The position numbers and the translations under genes were made by a program. From an uncultured bacterium (GTDB taxonomy: Bacteria; Cyanobacteriota; Cyanobacteriia; CAZCXK01): a stretch of 64,000 nt of DNA. Below are positions 32,256 to 41,873 of this stretch, piece by piece (the stretch's first letter is position 1; the number at the start of each line of letters is the position of its first letter). The DNA lies in the NCBI GenBank assembly GCA_964502605.1, contig CAZCXK010000011.1, positions 1,053-65,052 of the forward strand, written 5' to 3'. The notes under the pieces were generated by a model that saw nothing but the letters and a program-made list of their open reading frames with translations, was not told the DNA's origin and searched no databases.

Positions 32256-32492
32256 AGAAATCTGGAGAGTCGGTTTAGGCTGAGAAGAATAGTTCTTAAT
32301 GCCAATTCGGGTTGATATCGCTTTTAATGTTAGTTAAAGATGCGAATGAGCCAGCCGATACAATGCTCTAGAGTTTGTGTGATTGCATCGAAAATTGGCG
32401 TTAAGCTCAGTACGACTAATATGGCATTCAGAAGCGTTGAATAGAAAAGTTCTATTCTCTTGGCCTCATACAGGTTTTGATAGGAGAGTCCA

Positions 32493-32876
32493 GTGAATCA
32501 AAACGGCTTTAAATCATCCCAAATTAGCTGGTCAGGATTAGGATTCTGGCTTGCGGTGCTTGTCGTTCTGTGGCTGCTGGGCTCAGCAGGCATCTGGCTC
32601 CTGGTGAAATCATTTCTGATTTTGGTTGGCTTTCTTCTAATTGCGCCGATTGTGGGTTTCTTAGTCTTACGCTGGTGGTTGCAGCGTAATCTAGTCGAAG
32701 GCTCGTGCCCCACCTGTGGCTATCAGATCGTCGGCGTTAACTCAATGACGCTGCGCTGCCCCAGTTGCAGTGAACCCCTCAAAATTGAGAAGGGGAGCAT
32801 TCGCCGATTAACCCCACCAGGAACTGTAGACGTTGATGCAGTTGAGGTTTCAGCTAAGCAAATCGATGAGGTATAA
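32493..32876 (+). CDS. Small membrane protein with C-terminal zinc-ribbon (CPTCG...CPSC)
   Basis: 127 aa; two predicted TM helices, then ...CPTCGYQIVGVNSMTLRCPSCSE.... Confidence 0.5.
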   Translation: MNQNGFKSSQISWSGLGFWLAVLVVLWLLGSAGIWLLVKSFLILVGFLLIAPIVGFLVLRWWLQRNLVEGSCPTCGYQIVGVNSMTLRCPSCSEPLKIEKGSIRRLTPPGTVDVDAVEVSAKQIDEV

Positions 32877-32989
32877 CTGTCAGATTCAATGCTTTAAATC
32901 GGTAGGGAGAACCAGACCTCCCTCAGACCAGTTCAGCAGATCAATCGGCAGTACGGATTGAATTTACACATTTGGTAGGGATGCTTGCT

Positions 32990-33403
32990 CTAGTTTTGCT
33001 GCCGAATGGAAAGTGTATAGTTATGGCTTTGACCTGAGCGATCGCCGACATAGACTGAGTAGGTTCCCTGTTCCCAAACACCCGGAATTTCAATACTGCC
33101 GCCTGAGAATCCATCGGCCATGACACATTCACTTTGCCCATTAGATGACTGAATAAAGAGAGTAGGCTGGCCTCCACTTTCGACTCGAAATCTAAGCGAG
33201 GTAAAGGCTTCAGTAACTTGCACCTGATGGTTGGGCTGATTTGAGATATTGCCGCAAGAGCTGGAGCGCGCCCCGCCAGACGTTCCGCGTAGGGTCACAG
33301 CAGATTGAAGCGGAGTCCGGACTGTATCACTGAGCGCAGCGGTTGCACTGATCAGTGCGATCGCAAAAGCAAGGGGTAAAACGAACCTAGTTTTTTTCAT
33401 CAT
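32990..33403 (-). CDS. Secreted hypothetical protein (signal peptide MMKKTRFVLPLAFAIALISATAALS)
   Basis: GGAGGTGA lies upstream of a tandem ATG ATG. A classical Sec signal peptide is followed by a ~110-aa Ser/Gly-rich beta-type domain. The upstream ORF-track extension is rejected. Confidence 0.5.
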   Translation of the reverse strand: MMKKTRFVLPLAFAIALISATAALSDTVRTPLQSAVTLRGTSGGARSSSCGNISNQPNHQVQVTEAFTSLRFRVESGGQPTLFIQSSNGQSECVMADGFSGGSIEIPGVWEQGTYSVYVGDRSGQSHNYTLSIRQQN

Positions 33404-33648
33404 CACACCAATCACCTCCAAATCGAGGTCTGTTACTTTGTATACTATCTTTTGCCTATTGCAGCGAACGAATTTTTGTGCCACTTCCTAAAGTGAACTC
33501 ATCCTGACTTCGATGCGTCAGGATGATCAGTTGGCACTCAAACTCATTGTCGAAGTAGAATCAGTGATCACAGGCTTGTTTTCTAGAACGACCTTTGCAC
33601 CCCCCACGGGCACAATGTCCCAATGGATTTATTTGAGCATCCTGAGTC

Positions 33649-34548
33649 ATGGCAGACCCGGCAACAGATGACAGCGCGCGTGAGATTACAATTCGTTTGA
33701 TGCGATATTACAGTTTTGACCTTGATGGGTTTACAGCTGAATATCGGGTTGAACAGTGGCTGGCTCAATATCCGGCGCAATGGCTTCAGCCTGCAGTCGT
33801 AGAGGCGCTCTATCAAGGACGCTATAAGGCTATTTCAGTGGAGCAGATTCTGACGCTTTGGCAGCGTCGCGATCGCACCCTTTATCATTTCAACGGAGAA
33901 TTTGAACGGATTGTTTGTAGCCAGTTCTCAGCGATCGGAGCACCTGAGACTGTGCCAAAATCAGACTTGCCCGAGCCCATTCCCTCCTATGCACTCAAAC
34001 CACAGCCAGAGGCAAAGACTAACCCGCCCACGGTTCAGGCTGTAGATTCGTCAGCATCAAAGGTAGCTACTGGCTTTGATGACATTACAGCATTTCTCCG
34101 TAAGCCAAGGACTGTTGTGCCCGACCGAGAGGCTTCTCACCGTGATGCTCAGTTGTTGCCATTTAGGCATCAGCGTGGTGAGCAGGCTCATGATGAATTT
34201 AGTGATGAGTTGGATACAGTCTTACCTTTTGAGGCTCGAGGCTCGGCATCAGACTCAGGCGATCGCCCCATAGTCTCCACCTCCTCAGATGCAGGTGAAC
34301 CACCCATTCCCCCGTTTAAGCCCACGGATGGGCAGGTCACTAACACAGCAGAGCTACTTCGCTTGACTGATGCAACCCCGTCTTCTAATCAGGCACCGAT
34401 TCATCAGTTTGTGCCAACAACACGAACCAATCACTTCTATTCCAAACTAAAAGCAGTGATTCAACGGCACGATCATTTACCTGATGACTCTGGTGACGTT
34501 GTCTCTTCATTGGTGTTAACCCGCAACGCCAATGAGAAAACTCAGTAG
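33649..34548 (+). CDS. Hypothetical protein: folded ~110-aa N-terminal domain plus long Ser/Pro/Asp-rich disordered tail
   Basis: 299-aa ORF. The N-terminus ...RLMRYYSFDLDGFTAEYRVEQWLAQYPAQWLQPAVVEALYQGRYKAISVEQILTLWQRR... is non-repetitive; the rest is low complexity. Confidence 0.5.
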   Translation: MADPATDDSAREITIRLMRYYSFDLDGFTAEYRVEQWLAQYPAQWLQPAVVEALYQGRYKAISVEQILTLWQRRDRTLYHFNGEFERIVCSQFSAIGAPETVPKSDLPEPIPSYALKPQPEAKTNPPTVQAVDSSASKVATGFDDITAFLRKPRTVVPDREASHRDAQLLPFRHQRGEQAHDEFSDELDTVLPFEARGSASDSGDRPIVSTSSDAGEPPIPPFKPTDGQVTNTAELLRLTDATPSSNQAPIHQFVPTTRTNHFYSKLKAVIQRHDHLPDDSGDVVSSLVLTRNANEKTQ

Positions 34549-34560
34549 CGATGTGGCGAT

Positions 34561-35142
34561 CTATCGCCATTGTCGTTGAGCCGAAGCACTGGCAGAGGGC
34601 GGCTTTGAACTCGCATCACCTAAGCGAATTTCAGAACAAAAAGAAGCTGTCGAAAAACTGTCAGGTCGTCTGAGGATGCTGGTTCTTAAGCGCAAATTAG
34701 GGCTGGCAAACCACACCCGCTCTTCTGCGGTCGCGCCGCTTTCGGGATAATCTGTCACAAGGGTCAACACCCCTTCATCGTCCAGCACATAGCAACTGGT
34801 GGCGACCATCGGCTGAGGACTAGCAGTTTGGCGCAGCAATGTGCCTTTGTTGGCCTGGGCTGCGTCTGCAATTGGCACTAGGAGAGTGACCCCCTTCTGC
34901 TGATCAGCATCTTGACCCACAACCCCTTCCCAGGTGATGCGTGCGCCACATATGGCTTGCGACGCCTGCCTCGATTGCTGCTCACATAGCTGAGTCACGC
35001 TAGGATCGGAGGGTAACAGCAGCTCAACCCAAAGGTCTGATTTGCCCCACTCTGACTGATTAAAGGCTAGGTGCTGGCTAGTGCGTTGAGAAAACCATTT
35101 GCCAGAGCTATTCTCGAAAAACTCTTTAATATCCATGTTCAA
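34561..35142 (-). CDS. Phycobiliprotein chromophore lyase, CpcS/CpeS family
   Basis: N-terminal FFENSSGKWFSQRTSQHLAF matches the CpcS/CpeS hallmark (FF..S.G.W.SQRT.HH.AF). ~190 aa lipocalin-like size. The exact paralog (S/U/V) is not determinable by eye. Confidence 0.8.
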   Translation of the reverse strand: MNMDIKEFFENSSGKWFSQRTSQHLAFNQSEWGKSDLWVELLLPSDPSVTQLCEQQSRQASQAICGARITWEGVVGQDADQQKGVTLLVPIADAAQANKGTLLRQTASPQPMVATSCYVLDDEGVLTLVTDYPESGATAEERVWFASPNLRLRTSILRRPDSFSTASFCSEIRLGDASSKPPSASASAQRQWR

Positions 35143-35222
35143 TATTCATGCCATTTTGCTAGATATTTAGTCCACAATTTCTATATTTTAGGGGGATCGC
35201 GTTACCCTTCGTTGGATGGTAT

Positions 35223-35228
35223 AGGAGG
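35223..35228 (+). promoter_or_regulatory. Shine-Dalgarno (AGGAGG) for the AMIN-domain gene
   Basis: AGGAGG lies 4 nt upstream of the ATG at 35233. This supports that start rather than the ORF-track start at 35071, which would overlap the CpcS-like gene. Confidence 0.5.
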
Positions 35229-35232
35229 CACG

Positions 35233-37806
35233 ATGGGAATTGCTCGATGGAAAATTGGTTGGATCACCTTCAGGCTCTCAGATAGGCTCTTGAGCCCATC
35301 CTCTGGAATGCTCAATCCACCTCGGCTTTGGGGGGCTAGTGGCGCAATAGCAGTGGCGATGGCGATCGCCCCGTTAGCATCTGCGGTTCTGGCTCAGTCG
35401 CCTGCTCAGCTCACGACCTGGCGATTTGATCCGGTAACTCAACGGCTAGAAATCAACCTCAACGGTGGCACCACGCCCCGATATTTTCTCTTAGCACAGC
35501 CTGCGCGCATTGTTTTAGATTTACCCAATACCCGTGTGGGTAATGTCCCAGAACAGCAGACCTATGCTGGAGCCGTGCGGCAAATTCGAGTGGGGCAGTT
35601 TCAACCCGGTCTGACGCGCATTGTGATTGAGCTATCACCCAATGCCGTTTTGGGAGTTGGGCAGGTCGAGTTACAGAATGTGGCTGATACTGGGAGCGAT
35701 CGCTGGGTTTTGCGCCCGATCTTGGCCGATCAACCTGAGTCTGTGCCGCCCGTAGCTTCCCGCCCGACACCTGCACCACCTGCGGCTAGTTCTGAAGCAC
35801 CTGAAGCGCCTGAAGCGCCTAGGGCTAACGCGCCGAACACCCCAGAGTTGCCGCAGTTAGAAGCAGATTTGAGTGTCCCCCTAGATGCGATATCTGAGCC
35901 AGCCGAGCTAGATCCAGTGGCCCAGCCTGACTTCCCATCTGAGTCAGTGCCATCCCTGTTGTTGCCGCCTAATCGTCCATCAGATGACCCAGATGAGGCG
36001 GTTGAAGCTATTGAAGAAGCAACTGAGGTGATCGGCCCCACTGCCGCCAGTGATATGGTAAGGGGCGATCGCCCCGACCTTGAGGCAGATACTGCCCAGC
36101 CAAATGCTGCTCCATCGAATGCACTTCGACTGCCTCGTTTAGAACCGACCCCTGTTTTGTCAGACTCAGAGGGCGATCGCCCCAACCCAGATCTCGCAGC
36201 ATTTCCCGCAGAGTCCTCAGAGGCTCCTTCTATCTCGTCTCCTTCTGGCCTGCCTGAACCCATCCCGCTCGAATTCGAAAGCTCTGCCGATGGAGTAGTA
36301 GAGGCCGATGAAAACGATTCTCTCCCAGAATCTTCACCACTCGACGAGCTGATTAGTTCTGAGGCTAATGTGATCCCTGAGGCCAATGCTCAGCCTGATA
36401 CAGAACTCGATGGAGCAGACTCCGAACCAGACTTATCGGCTAGAGAGCTGCCGCCGTTAGAGGCTGGAGCAACAGAAATTCAGATTGACCCGACACCAAT
36501 TATTCGAAGTGCTCCGCCAGCAAATTCTGGGGCGATCGCCTCACCTGCAGAACCTGAATCCTCTGGGCATGATTCTGGGCATGATGCGGGCACGATGACG
36601 TCTGTTTCCCCCTCCGAAATGCCCTCAGCTGTTGAAACTTTGCCTCCCCTGGATGCAATGACTGACGCCGCCACGACAAATGGCGCAACAGATGAATCTG
36701 CTGCATCTGGCTCAGATGCGATCGCTGATGGCTCTCAATTGCCAGATCCGCTGCCGTTTGATGTCGGGGTCGCCCACTCCGATGAATCTGATATCCTGCC
36801 TTTTGCTGGGACTCTGAGCCGCGATCCTTCAACGACTCAATCCGCTGCTCAACCCAGTGCTGAACTTGGCCAAAGCACTGATGATGCAATATCCCAGTTT
36901 GAATCTGATGCTTCGACGCGTTTGCAGAATCCTGAACCCGAATCAGCTCAAGACTTAGATCAGCCCCAATTATTCTTACCCAATGACGCGCTGGCTGATA
37001 CGTTGGTTGACCCGGTTCAAGGTGAGGCCGCTGAGGAGAGCGAGTCTTCGGATGATTTCACAGCCAATGATCTGGCTGCGGGTGATCTGGCTCTGAATGC
37101 AAATCAGCCTGTTCGCACAGCAGTGACACCCTTGGAACTCTCATCAGAACGCCAATCGACATCGTCGCCGTTACTCCCGATCCGTGGGCAGGATGAATCG
37201 GAGGCGATCGACCCCCGACCCTCCAATCAACCGCTCCATCTTCCCCCGACCGAGCCTGAGGAGGATGCACCCGTTTCAGTAGTGGTGCCGCCTGTAACTC
37301 AAACCTCTGAGCCTATCCCTGAAACTTCCGAGGGAGTTCCCCCCTCCCCCGATGCCAGACCCAGCGATCGCCCAGCCGAGACTCAACGCCCAGTTCGCCC
37401 TGAGGGGAGCGCTCCCACCGACATTATTGTCGCCGCGTCTCCCAATGTCTTAATTCCCTCAGGCACAGTGCTACAGCTACGATTTCCCCGTACAACCCCG
37501 CAATTTATTTCTACTGACCCGCCCCATCAAGACGTGTTTGTCATGGAACATGCCATTCGTGATCAAACTGGCACTGTGATTGCGCCAGCTGGCAGTGAGG
37601 TGATAGGGCGCTTTGAGAAAACGACCAATGGCATTCGCTTTGTGACGCAGGCGATTCGGTTGGGCAACCGTAACCTTCCCTTCTCAGCGGCCTCTGAGCG
37701 CATTTCGCCGCTGCAAAACGCCCCGGTGGCGATCGCCCTTCGCCCCAACCAGATTATCGAAGTACGCGTGGTCGAACCCTTGATTCGCCAGGAAAATCGT
37801 GGGTGA
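35233..37806 (+). CDS. AMIN-domain protein with ~550-aa acidic/Pro-rich disordered linker and a C-terminal beta-rich domain (TrbI/VirB10-like by eye)
   Basis: Signal-like segment ...ASGAIAVAMAIAPLASAVLAQ. AMIN domain ...TTWRFDPVTQRLEINLNGGTTPRYFLLAQPARIVLDLPNTRVG...QIRVGQFQPGLTRIVIEL.... A very long D/E/P/S/A-rich region. C-terminal ~150 aa ...IPSGTVLQLRF...VIAPAGSEVIGRFEKTTNGIRFVTQAIRLGNRNLPF.... Confidence 0.8.
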   Translation: MGIARWKIGWITFRLSDRLLSPSSGMLNPPRLWGASGAIAVAMAIAPLASAVLAQSPAQLTTWRFDPVTQRLEINLNGGTTPRYFLLAQPARIVLDLPNTRVGNVPEQQTYAGAVRQIRVGQFQPGLTRIVIELSPNAVLGVGQVELQNVADTGSDRWVLRPILADQPESVPPVASRPTPAPPAASSEAPEAPEAPRANAPNTPELPQLEADLSVPLDAISEPAELDPVAQPDFPSESVPSLLLPPNRPSDDPDEAVEAIEEATEVIGPTAASDMVRGDRPDLEADTAQPNAAPSNALRLPRLEPTPVLSDSEGDRPNPDLAAFPAESSEAPSISSPSGLPEPIPLEFESSADGVVEADENDSLPESSPLDELISSEANVIPEANAQPDTELDGADSEPDLSARELPPLEAGATEIQIDPTPIIRSAPPANSGAIASPAEPESSGHDSGHDAGTMTSVSPSEMPSAVETLPPLDAMTDAATTNGATDESAASGSDAIADGSQLPDPLPFDVGVAHSDESDILPFAGTLSRDPSTTQSAAQPSAELGQSTDDAISQFESDASTRLQNPEPESAQDLDQPQLFLPNDALADTLVDPVQGEAAEESESSDDFTANDLAAGDLALNANQPVRTAVTPLELSSERQSTSSPLLPIRGQDESEAIDPRPSNQPLHLPPTEPEEDAPVSVVVPPVTQTSEPIPETSEGVPPSPDARPSDRPAETQRPVRPEGSAPTDIIVAASPNVLIPSGTVLQLRFPRTTPQFISTDPPHQDVFVMEHAIRDQTGTVIAPAGSEVIGRFEKTTNGIRFVTQAIRLGNRNLPFSAASERISPLQNAPVAIALRPNQIIEVRVVEPLIRQENRG

Positions 37807-37807
37807 G

Positions 37808-38749
37808 TTAGCGCTCTCGAAATTCCACAACGTTCTGCCGCACTGTGACATCGTAGTTGCCAAAAAAGTCGTGCCCTAGCAAGCCCGTTGATAATTCAGG
37901 GCCAGCGATCGCTACCACCATATTTTGGGTTAACGCGCCATTGACTTCAACTGACCGCACCCGCCCCAGCAAAAACGTGGCACTGCTGGCGCTGGCTGTC
38001 GCAACTTGCGTCTGGCCCACGGGCACAACCCCCAACGCGTTCGCCATGCGCGGAGTAATCACCGTACCGCTAGCGCCAGTGTCAACAATCATCTCAAACT
38101 GCTGATTGCCATTAAATGCCACCATGATTACAGGTGTGCCCCCAGCTCGACGAATAATGGGAGCCTGATAGACGCGATCGCCACTTGCTGGATTTGTGAG
38201 GCTAGCAGTCGGCTGGCTAGAGGGCAAGACTGAGGCGGTCGGAGCCTCTGGTGCTACTCTAATGACTCGTCCTGGCGTGATAGCACCTGAAGGATTGGGT
38301 TGAGTTGCTTGCTGTTCAGCAAACGAACGATTACGGCGGTAGTCTAACAGCTTCGTTTGCGCGGTAGAGTGATTGGGGCTTGATGGAGGCACTGATGCCA
38401 TCAGGTCAATGGCTTGATTCCATCGATTTGCCACCAGACGCCAATCGTCACGCGACTGAGCTGACCGGCTCAGATTAAACGCACTAGAGGCGCGGTTGAT
38501 AGCCTCTGGGTATGGATCTGCGGCTGCAGCTGAAGCGGCAGCATTAGCGGCTGGGGCAACAGTCTCGCCAGTGGACTGGATTGATGATGGCTCAGATCCA
38601 GGGTCGGCAATCGACTGCTCTCCCCCCTGATTAGAACTGGTCTCAGAGACGAATGGATTATAGCCCTGCGGCAGGCAGGCAGTGCTCAGGCAGGTCGCAA
38701 CCACAGTCAGCACCATGGATGTTGTCAGAGGTGAGAAAAACTTGCGCAT
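37808..38749 (-). CDS. Retropepsin-like (clan AA) aspartic protease, predicted lipoprotein
   Basis: Signal plus lipobox-like MRKFFSPLTTSMVLTVVATCLSTAC. Low-complexity linker. C-terminal ...FEMIVDTGASGTVITPRMANALG... carries a single D-T/S-G-A catalytic motif, implying a homodimeric protease. The ORF-track start at 38776 is TTG. Confidence 0.75.
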   Translation of the reverse strand: MRKFFSPLTTSMVLTVVATCLSTACLPQGYNPFVSETSSNQGGEQSIADPGSEPSSIQSTGETVAPAANAAASAAAADPYPEAINRASSAFNLSRSAQSRDDWRLVANRWNQAIDLMASVPPSSPNHSTAQTKLLDYRRNRSFAEQQATQPNPSGAITPGRVIRVAPEAPTASVLPSSQPTASLTNPASGDRVYQAPIIRRAGGTPVIMVAFNGNQQFEMIVDTGASGTVITPRMANALGVVPVGQTQVATASASSATFLLGRVRSVEVNGALTQNMVVAIAGPELSTGLLGHDFFGNYDVTVRQNVVEFRER

Positions 38750-39024
38750 AGTCGCGAATTGAGCTGAATTTTGCAAGGGTCTTGATCCAGAAGATTCTAA
38801 AGATTTAGCTAGGCTGAACGATCGAGCAGATCTGGTAAGGGCAGCTGTTCCATGGGTGATGACACGCGACTAACCGGCTCAAAAGGCTGAACCCGGATAT
38901 TTCCCAGTGTCGTAGGGGAATTTGATGGGTGCCAACCGACTTAAAACATTCTTAACTATTAACATTCCCCAATCGAGTCGTAGGATAGTAACGCTATCAC
39001 ATCGTGCTGGATGCCATCATCGCT

Positions 39025-40173
39025 ATGCTGTTTTCTGACGCTCAACCCGCTTTGCTTGTTTTGGTCGATGGTACGGTCTATCGAGGCTGGTCGTTTGGAG
39101 CCCCAGGGACGGCGATTGGTGAAGTTGTGTTTAATACAGGAATGACAGGGTATCAGGAAGTACTGACTGACCCCAGCTATTGTGGGCAAATCGTTACCTT
39201 TACCTATCCAGAATTGGGAAATACAGGAGTCAATCCTGATGATGAAGAGTCGAGTCGTCCTCAGGTGAGGGGGGCGATCGCTCGCAACATGTGTTTTAGC
39301 CCCAGCAATTGGCGAGCAACTCAGTCTCTGCCCAAATATTTGCAACAGCACAATATTCCTGGTATCTATGGCATTGACACCCGCGCGCTGACTCGAAAAC
39401 TCCGGACAGTGGGGGCAATGAATGGAGCCATCTCTACCGAAATTTTAGACCCGACCGAGTTGCTGCTTCAGGTTCAAGATTCGCCCAGCATGGCCGGGTT
39501 GAACTTAGTGCGCTACGTCACCACATCAGAGGTCTACGAATGGTCTGACCCAACGGATGCTGTCTGGGAATTTAAGCCTGATCAGGCCACAGCGACCGAG
39601 TCGTTGCTGACCGTTGTGGCGATTGACTTTGGCATCAAGCGCAATATTCTACGGCGCTTGTCCAGCTATGGGTGTCGGGTGATTGTGGTTCCGGCTGATA
39701 CATCTGCTGCAGACATTCTCAAATACAACCCAGACGGCATTTTCTTGTCAAATGGGCCGGGTGATCCGGCGGCGGTCACAGAGGGCATTACGACGGCCAA
39801 AGCGCTACTGGCGGCACAGAAGCCGATGTTTGGCATTTGTCTGGGGCATCAACTGTTGGGGCTGTCTCTGGGCGCAGAAACCTTTAAGCTCAAATTCGGC
39901 CATCGGGGGCTCAATCAACCCGCTGGGCTGCGGCAGAAAGTGGAGATTACTAGCCAAAATCATGGCTTTGCGGTCGAAATTGACTCTCTTACCCAAGCCA
40001 ATGTGGAAATTACCCATCTGAATCTAAACGATCGCACTGTTGCCGGATTGCGCCATAAAACGTTGCCGATGTTTTCGGTGCAATATCACCCAGAAGCAAG
40101 CCCTGGCCCTCATGATGCTGACTATCTGTTTGAGCAGTTTGTGCAAGCCATGCGAGCACAATCAATAGCTTAA
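39025..40173 (+). CDS. carA: Carbamoyl-phosphate synthase small (glutaminase) subunit
   Basis: ...[42 protein letters not shown]..., GATase triad region ...[10 protein letters not shown]... and ...[10 protein letters not shown].... The ORF-track start at 39004 is GTG. Confidence 0.93.
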   Translation: MLFSDAQPALLVLVDGTVYRGWSFGAPGTAIGEVVFNTGMTGYQEVLTDPSYCGQIVTFTYPELGNTGVNPDDEESSRPQVRGAIARNMCFSPSNWRATQSLPKYLQQHNIPGIYGIDTRALTRKLRTVGAMNGAISTEILDPTELLLQVQDSPSMAGLNLVRYVTTSEVYEWSDPTDAVWEFKPDQATATESLLTVVAIDFGIKRNILRRLSSYGCRVIVVPADTSAADILKYNPDGIFLSNGPGDPAAVTEGITTAKALLAAQKPMFGICLGHQLLGLSLGAETFKLKFGHRGLNQPAGLRQKVEITSQNHGFAVEIDSLTQANVEITHLNLNDRTVAGLRHKTLPMFSVQYHPEASPGPHDADYLFEQFVQAMRAQSIA

Positions 40174-40346
40174 CTTCGGTTTCAAGTTCTGATAGTTAAA
40201 TGTCCTGATTTGAGTGAATCAGCACGTTATGACTGACTATAGAGGCTCCAGATTTGATCTGGAGGTTTCTCATAGATAAACCTCGAGCTCTGAACTAGAT
40301 CAGGTTCATCCAGTTCCTAGAGTTCAGCGTATCCTCGACTCAAGCC

Positions 40347-41873
40347 ATGCTGTCTCCTTTCAGGTTGGTTTTGCTATCGGCAGGATTTATTCCTCATGGT
40401 CACTGCTATCTATGGCAGCCATCACTCGTCTGGCTGCACTTGCTTTCTGACTCACTGACTGCGATCGCCTATTATTCGATTCCGATCACACTGGTTTACT
40501 TTGTGCGGAAGCGGCACGATCTGCCGTATGACTGGATATTTCTGCTGTTTAGTTCCTTCATTGTGGCCTGTGGCACCACCCACTTGATGGCTGTCTGGAC
40601 GCTCTGGCACCCCACCTATTGGCTCTCAGGCGGCATCAAAGCTACCACAGCTGGCATTTCTCTCTACACAGCAATTATTCTGATTCGTCTTGTGCCTCAG
40701 GCACTAGCGCTGCCTAGCCCAGCCCAACTGGAAGTGGCGAATCGAGAGCTAGAACGCGAAATTCTTGAACGAACTCAGGCAGAACAGGCGCTGCAAGAAA
40801 GCCAGCGGTTTGTGCAAAAGCTCGCGAATACGGCTCCGATCGCCCTTTATGTCTACGATATCCCTAGCCGCCGCAATGTTTACACCAATCAAGGCACCAC
40901 CCAGTTATTGGGCTACGCGATCGCCGAATTGCAGACCGCCGCATCTGGTGAACTATCTACAATTATTCATCCTGACGATTTAGAATCGGTAATTCAGCGA
41001 TATCAAGCATGGTGGAATGCCGAAGATGGCGATATTCATCAGATTGAGTATCGCGTCAAGCAGGTCAATGGCAGCTGGCACTATATTCAATGTCAGGAAA
41101 CCCTGTTTGTCCGCGATTCTGGGGGGCAGCCGCGACAGATTTTAGGGGTGGCGGTTGATATTACGGCAGCCAAGCAACTGGAAGATGTGCGCCAAGCCCA
41201 AGAGCAGCTTCATGCCTCACTGCGAGACAAGGAAGTCTTGCTCAAAGAAATTCATCATCGCGTTAAAAATAATTTGCAAATTGTCTATAGCCTACTGCGG
41301 CTGCAATATCGCCGGATCGAAGATCCACATACTGCCGCAATTTTGATGGATGCACAGAATCGCATTAAAGCGATCGCCCTGATTCATGAAAAGCTGTATC
41401 GCTCTGAAAATTTATCGCGAGTCAGTTTGACCCACTATGTACCCAATCTGGTAGCCGGACTGTTTCATTCCTATAAAACCAGCACTAACTCGATTCAGAT
41501 GACGACCGACATTGAGAGCATTGCCCTGGATTTAGATGCGGCGATTCCCTGTGGGCTCATTCTCAATGAGCTGATTACCAATGCCTTAAAGTATGCCTTT
41601 CCGGGCGATCGCCCCGGCGAAATTCAAGTCAAGTTCTACAAAAACCCTGACCACACCACCACATTGATTGTGCATGACAACGGCGTTGGCCTACCTGATG
41701 GGCTTGATATTACTCAAACAGATTCTCTTGGGCTAGGCCTCGTGCAAGACCTAGTGCAACAGATCAATTCAATGGCTGCCTTAGCATCGATCGCACCCAG
41801 GGTACGGCATTTAGAATTACGTTTGTTGGAGGGTGCGTATGACCGACCCTTGCTTACCATCGACACAACCTGA
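40347..41873 (+). CDS. Sensor histidine kinase with N-terminal ethylene-binding-like domain (ETR1-type), PAS domain and HisKA_2/HWE-type kinase core
   Basis: TM region ...LSDSLTAIAYYSIPITLVYFVRKRHDLPYDWIFLLFSSFIVACGTTHLMAVWTL... aligns by eye with ETR1 ...[23 protein letters not shown]...FGAFIVLCGATHLINLWTF..., including the Cys and His of the Cu/ethylene site. Then a coiled coil, a PAS domain, the H-box EIHHRVKNNLQIV (HisKA_2) and an HWE-type ATPase domain. Confidence 0.85.
   Translation: MLSPFRLVLLSAGFIPHGHCYLWQPSLVWLHLLSDSLTAIAYYSIPITLVYFVRKRHDLPYDWIFLLFSSFIVACGTTHLMAVWTLWHPTYWLSGGIKATTAGISLYTAIILIRLVPQALALPSPAQLEVANRELEREILERTQAEQALQESQRFVQKLANTAPIALYVYDIPSRRNVYTNQGTTQLLGYAIAELQTAASGELSTIIHPDDLESVIQRYQAWWNAEDGDIHQIEYRVKQVNGSWHYIQCQETLFVRDSGGQPRQILGVAVDITAAKQLEDVRQAQEQLHASLRDKEVLLKEIHHRVKNNLQIVYSLLRLQYRRIEDPHTAAILMDAQNRIKAIALIHEKLYRSENLSRVSLTHYVPNLVAGLFHSYKTSTNSIQMTTDIESIALDLDAAIPCGLILNELITNALKYAFPGDRPGEIQVKFYKNPDHTTTLIVHDNGVGLPDGLDITQTDSLGLGLVQDLVQQINSMAALASIAPRVRHLELRLLEGAYDRPLLTIDTT

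Noticed and set aside
35730-36386. 218-aa minus-strand ORF, together with several other 60-130 aa antisense ORFs, inside the AMIN-domain gene
   Set aside because: They lie entirely within the GC-rich, low-complexity-coding part of a well-supported + strand gene. They are shadow ORFs of biased codon composition with no SD.
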